Assembly (NCBI GenBank): GCA_944389475.1
Contig: CALXMM010000003.1
Location: forward strand, 64,847 to 128,846
Source: an uncultured Clostridia bacterium
Lineage (GTDB): Bacteria > Bacillota > Clostridia > TANB77 > CAG-508
Direction: 5' to 3'
DNA: 64,000 nucleotides
Shown here: piece by piece, positions 57,652 to 64,000 of the stretch
Numbering within the stretch: the stretch's first letter is position 1
Layout of the letters: each line of letters opens with the position of its first letter
Notes under the pieces: generated by a model
The model's database searches: none
What the model saw: only the letters and a program-made list of their open reading frames with translations
Told to the model about the DNA's origin: nothing
Program-made: the position numbers and the translations under genes

Positions 57652-58638
57652 TTAATATGTATGTGATATTATAATTTTTCCTTTATTAACATAAACTTTT
57701 ATATTTTTATTTGGTGTTAGGTATTTATTACCAATATTTCTCTCACATAACTTAATAATATCTTCTATATGAATTTTTTCAATATTCTTGCTTGACCCAA
57801 ATACTTTGTTTATTGAAAGAAATAATATTCTTTTCTTAATTACGATATCTTGCTTGTTAAATTCTTTTAAGTCTAGTATAACTTTATCTTTAGCCTCTTC
57901 TATTTTAATTTGACTATATATATTATTTACAATTTTTTCTAAATAATTCTGTTCTTCCGATACTATTTCCGATAAATTATTTATTCCTCTTATTATATTT
58001 GGGTTGAATTCCTTTTTTATAAATGGAATTAATATATTTCTTACTTTATTTCTCGTGTACGTGTTATCATTATTGCTTTCATCAAATTTAGGTTCTAGCT
58101 TTTGTTCTTCACAATATTTTTCTATGTCTTTTCTTTCTGTCTCTATTAATGGTCTTATGTATTTATTGTCTCTTTTTGGCTCTATTCCTTTTAGCCCTAG
58201 TGTTCCAGACCCTCTTATAATATTCATTAAAATAGTTTCTACTTTGTCATTCATATTATGTGCTATTGCGATTTTATTAAAACCTGTTTTTTGCAAAATT
58301 TCATCAAAGAAATTGTATCTTACTTTTCTTCCCTCTTCTTCTAGTCCTATTTTATCTTTCTTTGCTAGGTCAATAACTTTTTCTCTTTTAATATATATCT
58401 TTATATTATATTTCTCACAATATCTTTTTATGTATTCAGTTTCTTCATCCGCTACCTTCCCACGTATCCCATGGTTTACATGTACAACTGCTATTTCTAT
58501 TTTTAGTTTATCTTTTAGCTTATTTAGAATGTCTAATAAGCACATAGAATCTGGTCCCCCAGATACTGCAATAAGTATCTTATCACCAGATTCTATTAAT
58601 TTATATTTTTCTATAGTTTTTAAAACTTCTTTTTCCAT
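57652..58638 (-). CDS. tilS: tRNA(Ile)-lysidine synthetase (short form)
   Basis: PP-loop SGGPDS. Sits in the tilS position upstream of ftsH. No hpt gene lies between them. Confidence 0.85.
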   Translation of the reverse strand: MEKEVLKTIEKYKLIESGDKILIAVSGGPDSMCLLDILNKLKDKLKIEIAVVHVNHGIRGKVADEETEYIKRYCEKYNIKIYIKREKVIDLAKKDKIGLEEEGRKVRYNFFDEILQKTGFNKIAIAHNMNDKVETILMNIIRGSGTLGLKGIEPKRDNKYIRPLIETERKDIEKYCEEQKLEPKFDESNNDNTYTRNKVRNILIPFIKKEFNPNIIRGINNLSEIVSEEQNYLEKIVNNIYSQIKIEEAKDKVILDLKEFNKQDIVIKKRILFLSINKVFGSSKNIEKIHIEDIIKLCERNIGNKYLTPNKNIKVYVNKGKIIISHTY

Positions 58639-58728
58639 TTTACCGTCCTTTTTTATTTTGTTATATCTATAATTTCGTTGGCTATCTTTTTGTTTATTAC
58701 TTCGATTGTATTTCTTTCTATTGTAAAA

Positions 58729-60063
58729 TTACTCCCTATATCTGTCCAAATTACCAAACTTTGTATAATTTCCTAACCATGCTAATTTAACTGTTCCTGT
58801 AGAACCAGATCTATGTTTTGCAATTATTACTTCTGCTTGTCCTTTATCTTCACTATCTTCGTGATAATATTCATCCCTATATAGGAACATTACTATATCT
58901 GCATCTTGCTCTATAGCTCCAGATTCACGCAAATCGGAAAGCATTGGTCTATGGTCCGGTCTTTGCTCCGGTGCTCTAGATAATTGTGATAGTGCTATTA
59001 CTGGAACATTTATTTCTTTTGCTAATATTTTTAAAGACCTACTTATTTCTGAAATTTCTTGCTCCCTACTTGCTGATGCTCTTTTTGATGAACCTTGAAC
59101 AAGTTGCAAGTAGTCTATTACTACCAATCCTATATTTTTTTCTAATTTAAGTTTTCTACATTTTGCTCTTATTTCATTTATAGAAATACCTGGAGTGTCA
59201 TCTATATATATTGGTGCTTCGGATAAATCTCCCATGGTATCCGCAAGTTTTATCCAATCATCATCATCAATTTTTCCTGTTCTTACTTTATTGCTATCTA
59301 CTAAAGCTTCACTACACAAAATTCTATTAACCATTTGCTCTTTTGACATTTCCAAGCTGAATAATATTACTGGAACATTTGCCCTAAGAGCTGCATTTGT
59401 TGCAATATTTAATGCAAATGCAGATTTACCCATAGCTGGTCTTGCAGCTATTAGAATAAGGTCTGAATTGTGTAGTCCAGCTGTTCTATAATCTAAATCT
59501 ATGAATCCCGTAGGCACACCTGTTACATGTTGCTTTTGATTATATAGTTGTTCTAGCTCTGTAAATGTATCTATCAAAACATCTTTTATTGGACTATAAC
59601 TTTTCTGGTCTTTGTCCTGCATAATATTAAAGATTTTCTTTTCTGCACTATTCATGATGTCATCTATGTTTTCCGTTGGGTCATAGCCTTCTTCTATTAT
59701 TTCATTTGCTGCTTTTATTAATCTTCTTAACTCTGATTTTTCTTTTACTATACTTATATATTTTTCTACATTTGCAGTTGTTGGAACCTTATCTGGTAAT
59801 CCTACTATATATTCCAAACCTCCAATTTTATCGAACATTCCCATTGATGTTAATTCTGATTTTAATGTTATTATATCTATTGGTTCTGACCTATTATATA
59901 AGTTTAGTATGGCTTCGTATATAGTTTTATTGTCTTCTCTATAGAAATCCTCTTCTTTAAGTACTTCTATTGCAGATATTACTGCATCCTTATCTGTTAG
60001 CATACTTCCAATAACCGCTTGTTCTGCCTCTATATCATTTGGTGGAATCTTACCTAGCTCCAT
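58729..60063 (-). CDS. dnaB: Replicative DNA helicase
   Basis: PPNDIEAEQAVIGSML N-terminus, Walker A ARPAMGKSAF and the LSQLSR motif. Confidence 0.92.
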   Translation of the reverse strand: MELGKIPPNDIEAEQAVIGSMLTDKDAVISAIEVLKEEDFYREDNKTIYEAILNLYNRSEPIDIITLKSELTSMGMFDKIGGLEYIVGLPDKVPTTANVEKYISIVKEKSELRRLIKAANEIIEEGYDPTENIDDIMNSAEKKIFNIMQDKDQKSYSPIKDVLIDTFTELEQLYNQKQHVTGVPTGFIDLDYRTAGLHNSDLILIAARPAMGKSAFALNIATNAALRANVPVILFSLEMSKEQMVNRILCSEALVDSNKVRTGKIDDDDWIKLADTMGDLSEAPIYIDDTPGISINEIRAKCRKLKLEKNIGLVVIDYLQLVQGSSKRASASREQEISEISRSLKILAKEINVPVIALSQLSRAPEQRPDHRPMLSDLRESGAIEQDADIVMFLYRDEYYHEDSEDKGQAEVIIAKHRSGSTGTVKLAWLGNYTKFGNLDRYRE

Positions 60064-60151
60064 TTTGTGCCTCCTAAAGTTTAATAATTTAATGTTATAT
60101 TATTTTTCTTTTGCCTATCTGCTTTATATCTGCAATAATTAGTTGCTAAGT

Positions 60152-60598
60152 TTATTCCGGAATTACATCTATTTTTATTTCTCCCATAACTCCTTCATAT
60201 AGTTTTACATTAACTTTTGCAATTCCAAGAGTTTTGATACTTTCTTTTAAATCAATTTTCTTTTTGTCTATATTAATTTTATATTCTTTGTTTAAAACAT
60301 CAGAAATATCTTTAGCTGTTACGCCTCCAAATACTTTGCCATTTTCACCTGTTTTTATTTTTAATTTTGGACAAATTCCTTTTAATTTTTCAGCGATTTG
60401 TTTAGCCTCTTCTTTTTCTACTGCTTTTTTATGACTCATAGAATCTTGCTTTCCTTTAAGTTTTGCCATGTTTTCTGCATTTGCTTCTACAGCTAATTTC
60501 TTAGGAAATAGAAAATTTCTTGCATATCCATCACTGGCATTAATAACTTCATCCTTTTTTCCTACACCTTTTATATTGTCTAATAAAATCACTTTCAT
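60152..60598 (-). CDS. rplI: 50S ribosomal protein L9
   Basis: MKVILLDNIKGVGKKDEVINASDGYARNFLFPKKLA is the canonical L9 N-terminus. Confidence 0.9.
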   Translation of the reverse strand: MKVILLDNIKGVGKKDEVINASDGYARNFLFPKKLAVEANAENMAKLKGKQDSMSHKKAVEKEEAKQIAEKLKGICPKLKIKTGENGKVFGGVTAKDISDVLNKEYKINIDKKKIDLKESIKTLGIAKVNVKLYEGVMGEIKIDVIPE

Positions 60599-60640
60599 TT
60601 TCTATTCCTCCTTACAAATTAAATATTTTTTTATTGTTTT

Positions 60641-61804
60641 CTATAAACTATTCTGTTCCTCTAATTTAAATATAACTTCATTTTCATCAGAAAAGATTTG
60701 TGGTTCTTTTTCTATTTCGACTACTGGTTGTACATCACTTTCTTTAGAACTAGTCCAATATGTAACCTTAGTAGTATTATATCTTCCTTCTATTTTAAAT
60801 TTTATTCCATCTATACTATTTTCCGTTATTGCTTGTACTGGTATCTTTAAATAAAATGTTTGTCCTACTAAATCTTCTATAGTTTTATCTGTTATATCTG
60901 TTTTATTTTCATCTAATAATGTGTATTTATTTGTTAAGTCATTTCCATTTCTATCTGTTATCTTTACATTTAATGCATATGGTAAATCAGTATCTTTATT
61001 TATCTTATATGGTCCAATAATATAATTATCCTCTACTATTTCTTCTGTTGGTTGTGTTTTATCTAGAGATAAAGGTACCTCAATATTATTTATTTCTTCT
61101 GTTGCTAATTTTGCATTATTTATAAAGTATTTAAATAATGTTTCCATTTGATTAAATCTGTTTTGACTTTTATCTTTTATATTTTTGTAATCTTCTATTA
61201 TTCCACTACTCTCTTTTTTTGCCTCTAACACTTCTGGCAAAGATGACTCTCCGTTAATGTCCAAATGATATGTTGCATTATCTTTATTTGTAAAATACCA
61301 TATTGCCAATTGTTGAACTACATCTATATCATCATCAGTTAACACAACATTATCTGTTATTTGAGCATTTTTTAGTAATGTTTCTTTTTCATTCTCTGTT
61401 ATTTCATTAGATTGTATGTAAGTATGATTTAATATCCAAATGATTGAATTATAATCTTCTTCTGCTATTGGTAATGTTGGTATGGATGTTTTATCTTTAA
61501 GATTATATGATACATCATATTCTTGTCTATAAGCTCCTTGGCTAGATTTATTAAAAGTTTGTTCAGCTTTTAAAGAATATATAGCTTTATCATAATCCAA
61601 TGTTTGACCATTATATGTAATAAGTTTCCATATATTTTTGTTTGATATTTTATAGGCGTATTGATTTCCATCTTCTCCTGTTTTTCTGTATTCTTGCAAT
61701 CCAAATTCCATTGTAGTTGCTTTAACATTTGTTGCAAAAATACTAATAGCCATAGCACATATAAAACATAAAACAGCTAATATAGTTAATTTACTTTTTT
61801 TCAT
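60641..61804 (-). CDS. Secreted TQXA/thioester-domain-like protein with no cysteine in the mature region
   Basis: Start set at the MKKSKLTIL ATG (61804), with an AAAGGA RBS and a signal peptide. It has a DVVQQLAIWYFTN motif, compared with the TQxA(I/V)W..T signature of Cys-Gln thioester adhesin domains. There is no sorting signal. Confidence 0.5.
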   Translation of the reverse strand: MKKSKLTILAVLCFICAMAISIFATNVKATTMEFGLQEYRKTGEDGNQYAYKISNKNIWKLITYNGQTLDYDKAIYSLKAEQTFNKSSQGAYRQEYDVSYNLKDKTSIPTLPIAEEDYNSIIWILNHTYIQSNEITENEKETLLKNAQITDNVVLTDDDIDVVQQLAIWYFTNKDNATYHLDINGESSLPEVLEAKKESSGIIEDYKNIKDKSQNRFNQMETLFKYFINNAKLATEEINNIEVPLSLDKTQPTEEIVEDNYIIGPYKINKDTDLPYALNVKITDRNGNDLTNKYTLLDENKTDITDKTIEDLVGQTFYLKIPVQAITENSIDGIKFKIEGRYNTTKVTYWTSSKESDVQPVVEIEKEPQIFSDENEVIFKLEEQNSL

Positions 61805-61876
61805 ACTTAAAATCCTTTCAATCATTAGTTTCCCTAACTTTTATTATACTAACTATTTGTTTTTAAGTCAACATAA

Positions 61877-62335
61877 TTATTTTGTCTTTTTAGTTTTTGA
61901 TGCTGTTTTTGTACTCTTTGTTTTTGTTGCTCCCGTTGTCGTTTTTGTAGTCTTTGCTTTTCTTGCTCCCGCTGTTGTTTTTGTAGTCTTTGCTTTTCTT
62001 GCTCCCGCTGTTGTTTTTGTAGTCTTTGCTTTTCTTGCTCCCGCTGTTGTTTTTGTTTTAGGCATTTCCTCTTCTTTTGGTTTAGAAGATTCCTGTGTTT
62101 TTTCTCTCTTCTTTCTTAATTCTTCCATCCTATCTTTTAGCTCTTGTTGTTTAGCTAATGCTTCTCTTAATTCACGCCTTTCTTTAGCAGCTTTAAGTAA
62201 AACTTGTTTTCTAAAATTTTCATATTCTATACCTTTATCAATCTCTTTTTTATATATATTTAATTGGACAAGTATAGCCACAAACTCAGCGGCTATAATA
62301 CCTCCAAGTATTCCCATTATTAATCTTATGTTCAT
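61877..62335 (-). CDS. N-terminally anchored coiled-coil protein with a Lys/Thr-rich repeat tail
   Basis: TM (GILGGIIAAEFVAILV), a charged helix, then KTTAGARKAKTT repeated 3-4 times and a TKTKSTKTASKTKKTK tail. Confidence 0.5.
   Translation of the reverse strand: MNIRLIMGILGGIIAAEFVAILVQLNIYKKEIDKGIEYENFRKQVLLKAAKERRELREALAKQQELKDRMEELRKKREKTQESSKPKEEEMPKTKTTAGARKAKTTKTTAGARKAKTTKTTAGARKAKTTKTTTGATKTKSTKTASKTKKTK
61929..62058. repeat. 36-bp tandem repeat (about 3.6 copies) inside the CDS
   Basis: GCTCCCG(C/T)TGT... recurs at 61929, 61965, 62001 and 62037 (period 36 nt, 12 aa). Confidence 0.8.
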
Positions 62336-62516
62336 GCAATACCTCTCTTAAAAATATTTATTTTTTTACACATTTTTCCGTATTATAGATAATACCATTA
62401 TAATTATTTTTTGTAAATGTATCAATATATTTATTTACATTTCTATAACATTTTTTTATTATCAGTTGTATTATTTTACTTTTTATAATAAAATACCTTT
62501 ACGGAGGGATTTTTTT

Positions 62517-63062
62517 ATGAAACTAAAAAAAGTATTTATAATTATAGCTATATTAATAGTCATAGGGCTTTTAGGATTTGGAATTTATTCATTATATAAA
62601 TATCTAACTCCTGTAACAGTTACATCAAATAACAATGAATTTTCTTTACAGATTCCTGGTAAAATAAAGTTTAAAGAAGCTGCATCTGGTTCTTCAGATT
62701 ATGTTTTAGACATATATTCTTTAAAAGACCAAATGATGTTATATAGTACAATTATTGATGTTGATTTAAACATGAATTTAAAAGATGCAATTACTGCAGA
62801 AAAAGATAATGTTGCAAATGCTAGAGATAATGCAAGAGATATTTCTGATATTACACAAATGAATATTCCTAATTGCGAAGCATATAAATACACATTTACA
62901 TACCATGATTCAAGTTTAGATTCTGACCTTTATTCTAACGTAGTATGGATAAAAACAGATAAACATATTTATATTTTAGATTTTGAAGTTATATCAAGTA
63001 ACAAGGATAAATATGTTACCGTTTTTGATGATATAGCAAATTCATTTAAAGAAAATAATTAA
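62517..63062 (+). CDS. Hypothetical N-terminally anchored protein
   Basis: ATG at 62517, 8 nt after GGAGGG. MKLKKVFIIIAILIVIGLLGFGIY signal anchor. No recognisable family. Confidence 0.5.
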   Translation: MKLKKVFIIIAILIVIGLLGFGIYSLYKYLTPVTVTSNNNEFSLQIPGKIKFKEAASGSSDYVLDIYSLKDQMMLYSTIIDVDLNMNLKDAITAEKDNVANARDNARDISDITQMNIPNCEAYKYTFTYHDSSLDSDLYSNVVWIKTDKHIYILDFEVISSNKDKYVTVFDDIANSFKENN

Positions 63063-63080
63063 TTTTTAAAGCACAAATTA

Positions 63081-63108
63081 AGACACCTTTAAGGTGTCTT
63101 TTGTTTTT
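63081..63108 (+). terminator. Rho-independent terminator
   Basis: AGACACC-tttaa-GGTGTCT followed by TTTGTTTTT. Confidence 0.7.
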
Positions 63109-63117
63109 ATCTAAAGA

Positions 63118-63200
63118 CCTTGGAATTTTTCTTTCATCACTCACGATTTTTTTGGACTGTTGGAAATTTTATTCCATCACTTATAATTTTCATAAATTAT
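63118..63200. repeat. Two tandem copies of a 40-bp repeat related to the 14.4-kb repeats
   Basis: TTGGAA(A)TTTT.(C/T)T(T/C)CATCACT.A..ATTTT occurs at 63120 and 63160. It shares TTTGGACT and TTGGA..TTTTATTCC with the units at 14393-14524. Confidence 0.45.
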
Positions 63201-63239
63201 TTTTATAAATGAAACACTAGCTATATTTTCTTATGTATG

Positions 63240-63971
63240 CTATAAATTTATTGCTATAATTCCTAATATAAAACCCAAAATATTTCCAAGGGCATTCATT
63301 CTTCCTTTATACATATTATTTGCCTCCGGAGTTAATTCTCCTGCGACAATGTATAACATTGCTCCAGCAGCAAAACTTAAAGAAACTGCAATTATAGATT
63401 TAGATATTCCTCCAACTAAATGACCAACTAAAGCACCTATTCCTGTACTTAATCCTGACATGATAACTAGAAATATTACTTTCCCTTTACTCATCCCACC
63501 ATTTTTCATTGGTACTGCCATACTTATTCCCTCTGGGATATCATGAATTGCTATAACTATTGCCAAGGATAATCCTAAATTTATAGAAGCTTGAAATCCA
63601 GTTCCTATTGCTAAGCCCTCCGGAATATTATGAAGTGCTAACCCAATACTAATAATTATACCCGTTTTTAGAAGATTATTTATATTCTTTCTTCCACTAA
63701 ATTTTTCTTTAACAATCGTATCACAAATAATCATTGTAAATATCCCTAAAATAACGCCAATTATAATAACTGATAATTTTGATATTTCCATTGCTTCCGG
63801 TAGCAAATCAAAACAAATTATTGACATCATTAATCCTGCAGCAAATGATAAAATAAATCCTAAAAATTTATTTGATGTACTTTTTAGATTGACCCCTATT
63901 ATTCCACCAATCGTTGTTCCAAAAGTTCCAAAGAAGATTCCAACTAAAAAGGTTTTTAAAATATCAACCAA
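63240..63971 (-). CDS. ZIP-family zinc/metal transporter (ZupT-like)
   Basis: HNIPEGLAIG and HDIPEGISMAVP motifs, with about 8 TM segments. TTG start 7 nt after GGAGG. Confidence 0.85.
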   Translation of the reverse strand: MVDILKTFLVGIFFGTFGTTIGGIIGVNLKSTSNKFLGFILSFAAGLMMSIICFDLLPEAMEISKLSVIIIGVILGIFTMIICDTIVKEKFSGRKNINNLLKTGIIISIGLALHNIPEGLAIGTGFQASINLGLSLAIVIAIHDIPEGISMAVPMKNGGMSKGKVIFLVIMSGLSTGIGALVGHLVGGISKSIIAVSLSFAAGAMLYIVAGELTPEANNMYKGRMNALGNILGFILGIIAINL

Positions 63972-64000
63972 ATTTAATACCTCCGTTCATTAATAAATTA

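Overview
Low-GC (about 27-30% by eye) chromosomal segment from an endospore-forming Firmicute of the Clostridia type. The housekeeping genes present suggest an origin-proximal region, and most genes are on the minus strand. The core backbone has sporulation and germination genes (yabG, veg, spoIIID, sleB-ypeB), replication and translation genes (rplI, dnaB, tilS, ftsH, proS, scpB, tRNA-Arg), and second-messenger enzymes (gdpP, a REC-GGDEF regulator). It also carries mgtA, a ugtP-like glycosyltransferase and a ZIP transporter.

About half of the window (20.5-55.4 kb) is an accessory block with two tandem, paralogous giant surface-protein genes of 5703 and 4665 aa. They share a modular architecture: an unassigned head of about 900 aa, Cna-B/SpaA-like domains, two seven-bladed SBBP-type propellers, MucBP-like runs, DUF11-like domains, and a conserved non-canonical C-terminal sorting signal containing SVETGE.

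Both genes are preceded by a homologous leader of about 240-260 nt. In each leader the Shine-Dalgarno region pairs with an upstream arm, and the two arms have changed together between the paralogs (compensatory covariation). The paralogs are separated by a 2.9-kb two-gene cassette (AAA_14/DUF4143 ATPase plus Rpn-family PD-(D/E)XK nuclease) bracketed by direct repeats of about 135 bp, each carrying the same terminator hairpin.

Other notable items:
- a class B sortase convergent with an NPHTG-bearing beta-helix protein
- a same-orientation DnaA-box cluster upstream of a small acidic ORF
- a family of 40-44-bp tandem intergenic repeats at two loci
- a TQXA/thioester-like secreted protein with no cysteine in its mature part
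- a GGDDF variant diguanylate-cyclase-like response regulator

All product calls come from reading motifs in the supplied translations. No database search was possible.
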